A stretch of 62,763 bases of DNA, filler included, from Basidiobolus ranarum (GCA_040143965.1; 31 parts of 31 records of this genome joined end to end with filler, not necessarily neighbours in it), one strand, 5' to 3'; shown: positions 26,594 through 38,327, counted from the first letter of the whole stretch. The notes: generated from the letters alone by a model not told the origin. Numbers and translations are program-made.

Positions 26594-28034
26594 AGATCAC
26601 ACCCAACACTATCTGACATATTCAATAAAGTGACTTGTATTTTGGTGATATTTTACTATGAATCTGTATACCTTCGATTAATGTTTACGAGTTTGCATCC
26701 ATTCGAGCATTATTTTTTATTCTACCAGCTTTGCCTCGGTGTTCATCTAGCCCATTGATTAGTATCAATGTGGTTCACAATATTCAAGCCTCTGTAATTA
26801 ACATCGCAACCTGTACACAAAAGTGATATCTAGTTTTTACTACAGAAGTCAACCAATTTGAGAATCTCTCTTCTATTATCCAGTTATTGTTGATTCCGCT
26901 GAGACTACCAAATAGCACATCTAACCACCGATAACGTAGTATCATATGGATTGATTTGACAATACAGATGTCTAGTTTCGATCTGAGATTCTGCGGAAGG
27001 TGAATCCGAGAAGCAGAACATGAGTGTAACTTCAATTGATTTCTTGTTTCGTTGCTAACAAGACGATCATCCATATACTTGATGCCACAAGTACTAGGAT
27101 AAGACACAACAAGTAAATTTTCATTAGATCTATACTTGTCTAGAACCTTTAGTTTTGGTAATAATTAAATCGACGACTAGATGGCGGCGATCCAACACTA
27201 ATACATGCTCATAGATAGAATCGGGCCTTAATCCCAGAACTTCTATCATGAATACCCTTTACATAGTCCCATCAGTAAACATCCAATCGAACATGAAAAA
27301 TCACATCAAGTTTAACCAATATTGTTTGTTGGTCATATTAAACAAGGCTTGGGCAATTTTAATGAATAGTTATGCAAACTGTCATCTACATGATTAAACA
27401 TAGCACTAGCTACATGAATTTGATGATGATGCATTAATAATACTAATGATTCCCTTCTTTTCATGGTAAGTAACAATCCACCAGCAATCAAATATAAACT
27501 GGTTTTGAAAGTAACTGAACGATAATGTCAAAATTTGGGTCTGATGTAACATAGCACTTGAAAATATAACCAAAAATGAGGATCTTTAGTGTAAAAAAAA
27601 TGTTGAGCATAACACTGATTTTCTAACTGTGATGAACATTAATGTGCATAATGCTAAAGTAGTGAAATCACCATCATACTATCAAGGACTGTTATTTAGG
27701 CTTTGCTTAGGCTATGTGACAAATATCAAGTTGAATCAGGGAGTGAATGCAGAGTTAGTGTCATTTGGAAAATCCATGCGAAAAAAGTGAATCAGTTATG
27801 AGTGCTAGTGTACATCTTACTTCATACCTTCTAAGTCGTGTGATTGAAGATGAGCAAACAGCATTTTTAGTTTCTGTGGCGACTTAATGCTTGGCATACT
27901 TGTATTTATACCGAGTAACGAAAGCCATATCGAACCAAAAAATAGCATAAACTGGTATGTGATGGGATTTGCAGGTAAAGTGAACATAGCCTTTGGTGAT
28001 ACAGTAGAGCTTACTGATTGGTTAGATAAGTTGA

Positions 28035-28207
28035 GCGGAGTATCTATGGAGGAGGCGGAGTATCTCGTGTAGGCGGAGTATCTTATGAAGGCGGAGTAAG
28101 TGCTGTCAAAGTGGAGTATATCACCAACTGAAATTCAAGGCGAATGATACTAAACGTCAGATAACCCGTTTAAATTTGCTCGGCATTTAGTAACAATTGT
28201 ATATAAA
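28035..28207 (+). promoter_or_regulatory. Promoter with five phased GYGGAGTA repeats and a TATATAAA box
   Basis: Motif at 28035, 28055, 28073, 28091 and 28111; TATA at ~28200; ATG at 28268. Confidence 0.6.
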
Positions 28208-28267
28208 TCGAAGATTGAGTACTAGATTCGACAATTAACAATTACTTATTTCCGTTTCAACTTCTCT

Positions 28268-28360
28268 ATGATCGAAATCATCATTATCATCGGATTATCA
28301 GTAGTCCTTTGGAGTTGGCTGACCAATCCAATCAAAAACTACAACTCTCCAAATTGGTTA
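28268..28360 (+). CDS. N-terminal signal anchor of a membrane protein, possibly a tandem P450 (truncated)
   Basis: MIEIIIIIGLSVVLWSWLTNPIKNYNSPNWL downstream of the TATA box; same strand as the upstream P450. Confidence 0.5.
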
Positions 28361-28460
28361 NNNNNNNNNNNNNNNNNNNNNNNNNNNNNNNNNNNNNNNN
28401 NNNNTTAATTAATTAANNNNNNNNNNNNNNNNNNNNNNNNNNNNNNNNNNNNNNNNNNNN

Positions 28461-30387
28461 TTGAAATGCAGATAAAGGAAGAACTTCAGCTATCAAGCTC
28501 CATGCACATGAACAAGGATCAAAACCTGCATCAACTTATGCTGCAGAATTCCACCTTCTTACCTGTGATCTCAATTGGGGAGAATCTGCCCTGATCAACC
28601 AATTCCAATATGGACTCCAAGAAAATGTTAAGGATTTTGTACTCATTATGGCTGACCCAGTGACCTTGACTGATGCTATCCATCAGGCAGCTAAATGTAA
28701 CAACCAGTTGTTTGAAAGACAACAACAAAAAAATATTGCCCTTTTCTTCTGTTCTTTCTGATCTAATTTCAGACCTCCCTTGCATCAAACACAAATATAA
28801 CTCAAGCAGATGACCCAAAGCAAATTGATGCAACTCAATTCATAAAGCTAATCCCTGGGAAGAAAAATCAATGCCACCAAGAGAAACAATGCCTTTATTG
28901 TGGCGCTTGTGGACATGTGGCAAGAACCTGTCCAAAAATATCCTTGATTTGAGATCAACAATATGCAAATAGAACAAAATTCTTCCCAGCCATTGTAAAA
29001 CTTCAATGCCCAGTTGTAATAATGGGCATGCAGTTGGGCCAACCATCTTCAAAAATGTTTCTTCACCATACATTGCAATCTCTGCAGTCACAACAATCAT
29101 TGAAGCTGCCCATTACATGCCTGCTACCAAATTTCAAGTCAATAAATACAACTGCACTTCTTGATTTAGGTGCTTCCTGCTGTTTAATTGACTCTGCCTT
29201 TGTCAAATCCCAGTCTATCCCAACAATTAGGAAATCTAGTCCAGTCCTTGTAGATGTAATTGATGGGAGGCTGCTGTCATTGGGTGCTGTAACACATGAG
29301 ACAACTTTTATGATACACATGTCCACTGCTCATCAAGAACAAATAGCCCTTGATATTGTTTCTTCACCTCACCACCCTGTCATCCTTGGCATCTCATGGC
29401 TCATACAGCACAACCCTGTAATCAACTGGACAAAGAAGATTATGACTTTCAAGCAAACTCCACCTCCTAGTCCATATTTGCCAACCAGCAAAGCATTCAA
29501 TTCATCATCAGCCCAAATCCTTAAAACATCTATGAAGCCTGTATCCATTGACAGTGTTGCTGAAGAGCTGAAACCATCAGAACCAATGCTTCATAAGCAC
29601 CCAGCCCAATATTTAGCCTTTGCTGATGTCTTTGACAAGAAGATATCTGATATACTCCCAGCTCACCACCCATATGATTGCGCTATAGTCTACAAGAAGG
29701 AAAACAATCACCACATGGGCCTATCTATGGGCTGACCCCACCAGAACTCAATATTCTAAAAGAGTATATTGCAGAAAATCTTGAGAAAGGATTTATCCAA
29801 CATTCAAAGTCCCCAGCAGACTCTCTAATCTTATTTGTTAAGAAAAAGGATGTATTCCTCCATCTCTGTGTTGAATATCAAGGCCTAAAAAGCATTACAG
29901 TGAATAGTTGGTACCCCTTGCCATTAATCAACTCACTCTTGGATCAGCTTGCTTTATCCAAGGTTTTTACAAAGGTTGATTCAAGAGGTGCCCAAAATCT
30001 TGTCAGATTCAAGCCAGGAGACCAATGGAAAGCTGTCTTTTGAACTAGCTATGGACACTTTGAATTTGGACTTACCACTGCCTTTGCAGTGTTTCAACAC
30101 ATAATGAATGATATCTTCAGAGAATATCTTGACCAGTTTGTGCTTATCTACCTTGACACAATCTTGGTCTTCTCAAGCTCTCAAGAAGAACATAATACTC
30201 ATGTTTCCTAAGTACTGGAAGAGTTGAAGACCTCTGGTCTCTATGCTAAACTTGAGAAATGTGAATTTGATCAAGATCAAGTTGAATTCCTTGGATATAA
30301 CATCAGCCCATCAGGCATCTCCATGGACCCTAAGAAGGTCAAATCTGTTCTGTCTTGGGATATTCCAAAGAATGTGAAGGATGTCCA
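28461..30387 (+). mobile_element. Decayed Ty3/gypsy gag-protease-RT
   Basis: Zn knuckle CLYCGACGHVARTCP, protease ALLDLGASCCLID, VILGISWLIQHNP, RT FVKKKD, YPLPLINSLLDQL, LYAKLEKCEF. Confidence 0.93.
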
Positions 30388-30487
30388 NNNNNNNNNNNNN
30401 NNNNNNNNNNNNNNNNNNNNNNNNNNNNNNNTTAATTAATTAANNNNNNNNNNNNNNNNNNNNNNNNNNNNNNNNNNNNNNNNNNNN

Positions 30488-32413
30488 AGTATATTATGTT
30501 TCACCTTGCAATATCTATATAAGCCTCATGTATTCCTTGATCAGACCTCAGTCTGATCAACACTGGTTATCAATAAAGATTCTTGCCAAAGTATCTTCCT
30601 TGTCTTGTCTTGTCTTGTCTTGTGGTCTACACCCAAGTACTCTCCTGCCTTCTAGCCTCTTGTTGTTTTTTCCAGTCCTTGTCCAGTTCCTTATTGTGAC
30701 GTGGACATCCTTCACTTTCTTGGGAATATCCCAGGACAGTACAGATTCAATATTCTTAGGGTCCATTGAGATGCTTGATGTGCTGATGATATATCCAAGG
30801 AGTTAAACTTAAGCTTGATCAAATTCACATTTCTCAAGTTCAGAATTGAGACCAGAGGTTTTCAACTTTTCTAGTACTTGGGAAGCATGAATATTATGCT
30901 ATTCTTTAGAGCTTGAAAAGGCCAAGATATCATCAAAGTAGATTACCACAAATTAGTCAAGATACTCTCTGAAGATATCATACATCATGTGTTGAAAGAC
31001 TGCAGGGGCATTGGTAAATCTAAATGGCATGACATTGAATTCAAAGTGTCCATAGCATGTTTGAAAGACAGTTTTCCATTGATCTCCTGGTTTGATTCTT
31101 ACAAGGTTATAAGCACCTCTTAGATCAATCTTTGTAAATACCTTTGCTGAAGCAAGCTGATCCAAGAGTGAGTAGATTAATGGCAAGGGATGCCAATTTT
31201 TGACTGTAATGCTATCTAGGCCTTGACAATCAACATAGAGATGGAGGGATCCATACTTTTTTTTAACAAATGAAATTGGAGAGCCTGCTGGGGACTTTGA
31301 ATGTTTGATAAATTCATTCTCCAGATTTTCTGCCATGTACTCTTTCAGAATGTTGAGTTCTGGCTGAGTCAGCCCATCGATAGGCTCAAATGGTAGTTGT
31401 TTTCCTTCTTGTAGATCTATAGGGCAATCAAATTGGTGGTGAGCTGGGAGTATATCAGACTTCTTCTTGTTAAAGACATCAGTAAAGGCTAAGTATTTGG
31501 GTGGGAGCTTGTGTACCATAGGTTTTGTTGGTTTTGGTTCTTCAGCAACACTGTCAATGGATATTTTCTTCATAGATGTTTTGAGGATTTGGGCCAATAA
31601 TGAGTTGGATACTTTGCAGGCTGGCAAATATGGACTAGGAGGTGGAGTTTGCTTGAACATCATAATCTGCTTCTTGCAATTGATTACTGGGTTGTGCTGC
31701 ATGAGTCATGACATACCAAGGATGACAGGGTTGTTAGGTGAAGAAATGATATTAAAGGCTATTTCTTCTTAATGAGCAGTGGACATGAGTGTCATAAAGG
31801 TTGTCTCATGTGTTACAGCACCTGATGATAGCAGCCTTCCATCAGATACTTCTATAAGGACTGGACTAAATTTCTTGATTGTTGGGATAGAGTCAGATTT
31901 GACAAAGGCAGAGTCAATAAAATAGGAGGAAGTACCTGAATCAAGAAGGACAGCTTCTTTTATTGACTTGAATTTTGGTAGCAGGAGTGTAATGGGCAGC
32001 TTTAATGATTGGTATGACTACAGAGATTGAAATGTACGGTGAAAAAACATTTTTGAAAATGGTTGGCCCAACTGCATATCTATTATTGCAGCTGGGCATT
32101 GGCATTTTCCAATGATTGGGAAGAGTTTCTTTTACTTGCATATTGTTGATCTTGAATCCAGGATCTTTTTTTGGACAGGTTCTTGCTACATCTCCAGGAG
32201 CTCCACAATAGAGGCATAAATTCTCTTGTTCACATAAATACTTCTCCTCAGGGCTGAGCCTTCTGAATCATGTTTCACAAATTTGAAATGTGTCATCTGC
32301 TTGAGCTATATTTTGTGTTTGATGGAAGGGAGGTCTGAAAGTAGCTGAGGATGGAGAGAAGAAAGGAGCCATATTTCTGTGTTGTTGTCTTTCACACAAC
32401 TGGTTGTCACATT
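30488..32413 (-). mobile_element. Decayed Ty3/gypsy gag-protease-RT interrupted by an LTR of the gypsy family (30488-30700, +)
   Basis: [39 protein letters not shown]; homologous to 28461-30387. Confidence 0.92.
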
Positions 32414-32513
32414 NNNNNNNNNNNNNNNNNNNNNNNNNNNNNNNNNNNNNNNNNNNNTTAATTAATTAANNNNNNNNNNNNNNNNNNNNNNNNNNNNNNN
32501 NNNNNNNNNNNNN

Positions 32514-32657
32514 AAGAACAGTGTCGGAATCTAAACCTTCCTTGATAAGCTCACTGCTCAAATCGGACATAACTGTATAAATTATATCCGCAACAATCTT
32601 GTTGGCAGATCCAACAATCTCCTCGAATGTTTTCTTTTCCAAGTTATCCTGACTCAT
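32514..32657 (-). CDS. Orphan protein N-terminus (truncated), putative viral
   Basis: Open from ATG to the contig edge; divergent from the RNAP ORF across a 113-bp AT-rich gap. Confidence 0.6.
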
Positions 32658-32770
32658 CGATGATTTATTTTATGAATCTTAAATAATTCCCATTTAGTAA
32701 CGACGTTGAAATGTTCAATCCAAAAAAGTGTAACATTATAAAATTCAACGAGAAATAATATACGTGAATT

Positions 32771-33847
32771 ATGGAACCCGGAACCCCAATAGGAATTTTA
32801 TCGGCTCAGGAAGTTATGAGAGTTGCCACACAGAGTAACCTCAGCTCCTTTCATGCAATTGGGTTGGAGAGTGGTTCAGAGAGTTCTTCAACAAGCTTGA
32901 AAATGTTTTCTGGGAACGAAGTTCGTATGTTACATCCAGGAATAAAAGAAATCATGGATTTACCGCTAACACAAAAGATGTCATCTATGATAATATCAAA
33001 TGCCAGCGATGACGTTTTCAACAAAGATATAATGGAAATAACTTTCAAGAGTTTGGTTCTAGGGATGACCAATAGTTTCTTGGATATAAAGGATGATGAT
33101 TCGTGGTACGATATTGGTATTTCGTTGGATTTATTTCCAGATGTTGCTAAGTTAAAGAACAGCGATACACGAATAAGATTTTATTTGGATACGCAAAAGT
33201 TATATGCCATAGGGGTTAGATCATTGGATGTATTTGGTGATACGTTGTTTTCGAATCACGATGTTACGTATTCTCCATTTTTTATGGGTATTATAGATGT
33301 GTACCATGGCGACAAAGATGGTTTGATAGATTGTTTGCAGGCTCTAGACAAAAGAGCTTTTGGTATACCTGGAATTAGGCATCTTGGCAGGAATCAGAAT
33401 GGAGAGATTATTACTCATGGATCAAATATCAAAGAAGTTTCGAGGCTTAAGAATATAAAGATCAAAGATATATATTCCAATAATATTAGAGACGTAGAAA
33501 GATGTTTAGGTGTTGAGGCAGCCAGAAATGTAATTAGACAAGAATTGTCTAGAATGTATGACAGAGATCCTTTGCATCCAACTTTAATTGCAGATTTCAT
33601 GACATGGCACGGAAAAATAACACCATTTACGAAGAACAATCTTCATCTAACGAACAGAGGGTTTTTGTCATCCATGGCATTTGAGAAGGCTAAGAAAGAC
33701 GTACGTTTGTCGACGAGAAACAAATTGGTTGACAAGGGAGACTCGGTATACTCGTCTATAATAATAAATGGTACAATACCGCTAGGGACTGGGAACAAGA
33801 ACTTTGAGATATTAGAGCAAGATATAAGTTCCAATGATTTTGAGTAA
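32771..33847 (+). CDS. Stand-alone C-terminal half of DNA-directed RNA polymerase largest subunit (RPB1-C / RpoA''-like), divergent, likely large DNA virus
   Basis: MEPGTPIGILSAQ..ATQSNLSSFHAIG (trigger loop; cf. [28 protein letters not shown]), GIPGI, THGSN, SNNIRDVERCLGVEAARNVI..EL, HPTLIADFMTWHG, MAFE, IIINGTIPLGTG; intronless, no CTD heptads. Confidence 0.92.
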   Translation: MEPGTPIGILSAQEVMRVATQSNLSSFHAIGLESGSESSSTSLKMFSGNEVRMLHPGIKEIMDLPLTQKMSSMIISNASDDVFNKDIMEITFKSLVLGMTNSFLDIKDDDSWYDIGISLDLFPDVAKLKNSDTRIRFYLDTQKLYAIGVRSLDVFGDTLFSNHDVTYSPFFMGIIDVYHGDKDGLIDCLQALDKRAFGIPGIRHLGRNQNGEIITHGSNIKEVSRLKNIKIKDIYSNNIRDVERCLGVEAARNVIRQELSRMYDRDPLHPTLIADFMTWHGKITPFTKNNLHLTNRGFLSSMAFEKAKKDVRLSTRNKLVDKGDSVYSSIIINGTIPLGTGNKNFEILEQDISSNDFE

Positions 33848-33998
33848 AGTAGTTTTTAAAAGAAAATAAATTTAATACTTTCTTGAATTCGAAAATATCT
33901 AAATAATGTTCAAGTGATTATATAAAGTTGTAAGCTATTGGATATATATAGGATTGAGTCTATAAATTCTTAACATTCAGATCAAATTTTTATAAATC

Positions 33999-34439
33999 AT
34001 GAATACTGGCGAAAAAGGAACTAAAAAGTCTAACGAGGATGTGTTTTCTTTGGCGAAAAGTTTAGGCGAGTTGGCCATGGATATTTCCGGGGAAGCTATT
34101 CAGGAGCCTATAGAACATTCCGACGAAAGGGTGTTTAAATTAAGGTTTACCAGAAAGCAATTCGAAGATTTCAGAGATGCATGTAACATGATTAGGAAGA
34201 TTGGGAACGATAAAGATTTGGCAAAAATTTTAAGTCAAAGGTTGGAAATCACCGAAAAAAGTTTTCAGTCGAAGGTTATTAATCCGGTATGTGCTTCTCC
34301 ACTAAAACTTATTAAGCCCAAGCAAAAGAATAAGCCAGTGGATGATAACAGAGAGAAGAAGATTACATTTTTCACCAAATCTGTACCAACTAATAAGAAA
34401 GTAAAGAAGTTGCACAAGAAGGTGTCTACCATCAAAGAT
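33999..34439 (+). CDS. Orphan Lys-rich protein (truncated), putative viral
   Basis: 147 open codons to the contig edge; 151 bp after the RNAP stop; TATAAATC immediately before the ATG. Confidence 0.7.
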
Positions 34440-34539
34440 NNNNNNNNNNNNNNNNNNNNNNNNNNNNNNNNNNNNNNNNNNNNTTAATTAATTAANNNNN
34501 NNNNNNNNNNNNNNNNNNNNNNNNNNNNNNNNNNNNNNN

Positions 34540-35464
34540 ATTCTGATTAATTATGTGTCAGCAAAATCAGTGATGGATGTAATGTGATGGGTTAAAGAGA
34601 CTCCAGAGTTTATTAACCTTCCATCAAAGGGCTCTTTTCAATGTGCTCATGGGTTTTTGCATTGTTTGAGCACAATAACAGCAACAAAGCCCAATCCATG
34701 GACACAGAGTAAGTACCCCCATAATTTGGACTAATTTGTTTGTGTAGTAATCTGATGGTATTTCTAGGAAAGCTGTAAGACAGACTTCCTGGTGAGATAG
34801 ATAAAAATATGTAGTATTATCATTTTAGCCATGAGTTAATCTATTCAAGCAATGACATAGCTACTTGTGGCAGGACATATGTTGACTGCAAGTCAGGGAT
34901 ATATTGGATGAATTCTTTACCAAAATTTTCCAATATCCAAGAGCTTATTCTCATTGTGAATGATAACAAGAGTCAGCTGTTTGGCCAATGTCAGTGCTAT
35001 TCAAAGTTTCAGATGTTTAGCAATTTTTCCACCATTAGTTGGCTGGTAAAGCATATTGATGTTGTTGAGTTATTTCTCATCAGTCACATATGAGCATATG
35101 TAGAGACAAAACACAAGAGGATTCTTGTACTTTTTGATTTTCATTATGGCTGGAATACAAAGCCTAAAATATCTAAATAAAGGCATGCATATTAATTCAA
35201 ATTCCTACAGCAGTAAACCCAGTAATTTGCGATTCAAAAATTATATTTTGTGAAAATTACCAGAAATTAATAATATATGTCAAATTTGTGGATCAATATA
35301 TTAACATGTATGAATATCATTGTAATACTGTCAAGAAACTGCCATCATGCCATCAAAATCCTTGGCAGAATGCAAGCCATCAATATTGTAAAGGTTCTCT
35401 GATGGTTTTGCAATTTAGAAGGGTGGATCTGATCCGGATCAAATTGATCTTATTTTTGTTAGGG
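34540..35464 (+). mobile_element. CMC/EnSpm right arm with intact TIR, inserted into another copy
   Basis: Ends GATCTGATCCGGATC...TTTTTGTTAGGG; the flank is the rc of 12460-12572. Confidence 0.85.
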
Positions 35465-36465
35465 TGTGGCAAGCAACAGTTGCCAATCAACTGTGGTAAA
35501 AGTGTAAGAAAATCAATAAACACCTGGTTGCTAAGTTTGGATTGAACTCTCCACTCCTCAATAATTCAAACTGCTTCCTTTACTGTATGTGCTATGAGTG
35601 GACTAATGTTTGCCAATAACAAATAGTCTGTAACAAAACCATCATCTTTTTTTTCCACTTCTGATGTACTACCATCAGTACTGGAATAACCAAGGTTAAC
35701 ATATAGCAGTATTTCCTCAACATTGTCCAGACTTACTAGTTCATCTAAAATTGCATTTTTTCCTATATCATCATAGTCATATAACTGTGGTAACTCCATG
35801 GTATCTTGCCTTTTGGCAGAGTTACCAAAACTTAGAGGCACAGCACAGCCAGTAGACTCAGTGGGCAAAATTAAAGTTGATTTTGTGCACTTATTACTGT
35901 TGATATTCACCAGGCTTTGTGCCGCTGGTGGCTTTGTAGAGTTACCATGCTTGTGACTATTTTTTCTATGAAGCCTCTAGCTTTCATAGCACAAGAATTT
36001 GTGACAGTAATAGCAGGGCATCTCTAAACATTTGTGTTGTGGCTTGAGAAGGATATGGTAGAAAAAAGAACACCACCTTCATAAGGGCGGTATTTTAGGT
36101 ATAGCCCATCAATGTCATCAGCTGATTCTGAGATGGTGTCACAGATGATGTATCAGGGGATTTACAAGATATTTTCTATAATGGATAGTAATTTTGGTTT
36201 TTTATAAGCTGTTTCTGAGCAATTTCATTACACCAAGTTTACCAGCTGAAAATCTGAATGCCATTCAAAAAGCATTCAAAATCTAAATCAAAATCAGCTT
36301 CCAATCAAAAGCCAGCTGGCATTAGAGGAAAACAATTAGCAAGAACAGAGGACTTAATTGATTTGCAGTCTAGTGATCTACTATCCACTTTGGAAGGCAG
36401 TGACCAGCAGGAAACTAACTCAAGTAATGACGAGGCATTGATCAATTTACCAGATGTGTTCCTTT
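35465..36465. mobile_element. EnSpm internal region: transposase 5' end (-) and divergent ORF2 start (36258, +)
   Basis: Minus strand is collinear with the transposase N-terminus at 12408; plus-strand ORF MPFKKHSK..TEDLID..NDEALINLPDVF matches the rc of 16020-16178. Confidence 0.65.
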
Positions 36466-37001
36466 NNNNNNNNNNNNNNNNNNNNNNNNNNNNNNNNNNN
36501 NNNNNNNNNTTAATTAATTAANNNNNNNNNNNNNNNNNNNNNNNNNNNNNNNNNNNNNNNNNNNNATATGTTGCTCTCTTATTTCTAATATTTGTATCAA
36601 AACTAAAGTTAACTAAGATGTTGAATAAAATCAACCATGCAACCAAAATAACATGTGTGACTATTTTAGTTGCATTAATCTAAATAGTGATGCTAATTTA
36701 TATAGCAGAAAAGCCAATTGATTGCTCAAGATATTCAGGAGTTTGTGTAATACTAAGTAGCAGATAAATGGGAGTAATAAGGCATGCTATTTAGGTACTT
36801 GTAGAGATACTTCCAATTGAAATATAGGGGTTGTAGATACAAGGCTCTCTTGGCTCTGATATAAGGATCAGAACCAGAGTTAAAAAGATGTTGAATAAAG
36901 ATTTTTCATCCACTAAATATTGCTTTCATATACGTATGGAACATGAAGGAATTTTAGGCCGGGTACAGCATTTTGGGTAGGATAAGTTAAATAATTGGAT
37001 C

Positions 37002-38327
37002 TTAACTCTTACTCACTAATATAGATTCTGAGGTACTATCTGAGTATGTTCTACTGGAAGTATTGGTTGCCCTAACAAACCGTGGGTAGGTGTGATGGTA
37101 CATATTTATGAACACCTCTTCTTTGATATTATCCAATGTTTTAAGCGAATATGGAGGGCCACCTTCTATAGTGCAGTCCATTTCACGACGTGAACGACCG
37201 GAAATATTCAGTTCGAAAGAAGATTTTGTTCTGATAAAAGTAGAGTATATTTGGAGTATCTCCTCGACTAGATATGAATCACCAATTAGGGATGTTTTGG
37301 TGTCTCGATGGCGAATCTTTACGTTACGGCTGAGACGTTTGTACGCTTCATAGAACAAGACGTTTTCAACACTAAAATCCTTAACACTGAACAATTTGAA
37401 ACTCTGAAACATGTAAGGGTCATCTAGAATTATTTGAAAAGCTGTGTGATTAGTTTGAGTGCCTGGATGATTCTCTTGCCAACCATCAATCAATGGGAAC
37501 ACTATGGTTATTATATGAACCACCACCAACGTGGCTACGGTGAACCAGGTGGTTGGAGCTACAGGAAATGTCGAGCCAATCATTCGAGTGACCACTGCCA
37601 CTAAGCGACCGGTGAAGTTGATGGTCTCAACCGTTAGCACCAGCATTAACTCACGCTTAATCCAATGTGCATCCTCTACCTTCCATACTAGCCAGACCAG
37701 CCCTGGGAACATGAGCAATACATACGCCCCATGGAAAGAAACCACTGGAATCATCTCCCAGTCAATGACGCAGTTTTCGTAAGTGATAACATCCTTGGAA
37801 ATTACATGAATGGTTACGGTCATCAACGAATGAAATAGCATGAATCCAAGTATCAGAAATATGAGGGAATTTAGGGAAAATCTCTTTTGGTGACGATAAT
37901 ACCATTTTCTAAACCGTTGTTGAATATTTTTGTTGGTGTGTTCGGTGACTGAGCCAGGTTGGAAGGATGTCAATTCGATCCCATGGTCGTTTTCCGATTC
38001 ATCTCCTGAAGAAATGCCCAATTTCGCTTGGTTCATTCGATACAACATGGCTAGTTTGAAAAAGCGAGTCCCGTTAACAAGAAACCACAATGGGACACCT
38101 AAAGATGGAATCCAGAGAAGTAAGAAACAGGGAAACCAGTCAGGTTTACGATCATGAGCAATGTAGTAAAGGACCAAGAAGCCATTCACTATGATACTGG
38201 CTATAAGCAATCCAACTCCACGGTAATGAATTGCGGGAGCTTTACGATTCATGTAAATCATAAGAATCGACACTATTAGAATAGAAAGCCATCCTAATAG
38301 AACAATCAGCAAAGGCGTGGTCTCCAT
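37002..38327 (-). CDS. 7-TM receptor-like protein with C-terminal RGS domain (GprK/RGS1-like architecture), 441 aa, intronless
   Basis: About seven hydrophobic segments, then ILDDPYMFQSFKLFSVKDFSVENVLFYE, IYSTFIRTKSSFELNIS, MYHHTYPRFV (RGS). Confidence 0.9.
   Translation of the reverse strand: METTPLLIVLLGWLSILIVSILMIYMNRKAPAIHYRGVGLLIASIIVNGFLVLYYIAHDRKPDWFPCFLLLWIPSLGVPLWFLVNGTRFFKLAMLYRMNQAKLGISSGDESENDHGIELTSFQPGSVTEHTNKNIQQRFRKWYYRHQKRFSLNSLIFLILGFMLFHSLMTVTIHVISKDVITYENCVIDWEMIPVVSFHGAYVLLMFPGLVWLVWKVEDAHWIKRELMLVLTVETINFTGRLVAVVTRMIGSTFPVAPTTWFTVATLVVVHIITIVFPLIDGWQENHPGTQTNHTAFQIILDDPYMFQSFKLFSVKDFSVENVLFYEAYKRLSRNVKIRHRDTKTSLIGDSYLVEEILQIYSTFIRTKSSFELNISGRSRREMDCTIEGGPPYSLKTLDNIKEEVFINMYHHTYPRFVRATNTSSRTYSDSTSESILVSKS

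Noticed and set aside
32771-33847. Archaeal rpoA2 contamination or the last exon of a host RPB1/RPC1
   Set aside because: No rpoA1 or ribosomal-protein operon context, motifs too diverged for a cellular enzyme, and a divergent ORF only 113 bp upstream leaves no room for earlier exons. Disfavoured rather than excluded until a phylogeny is run.
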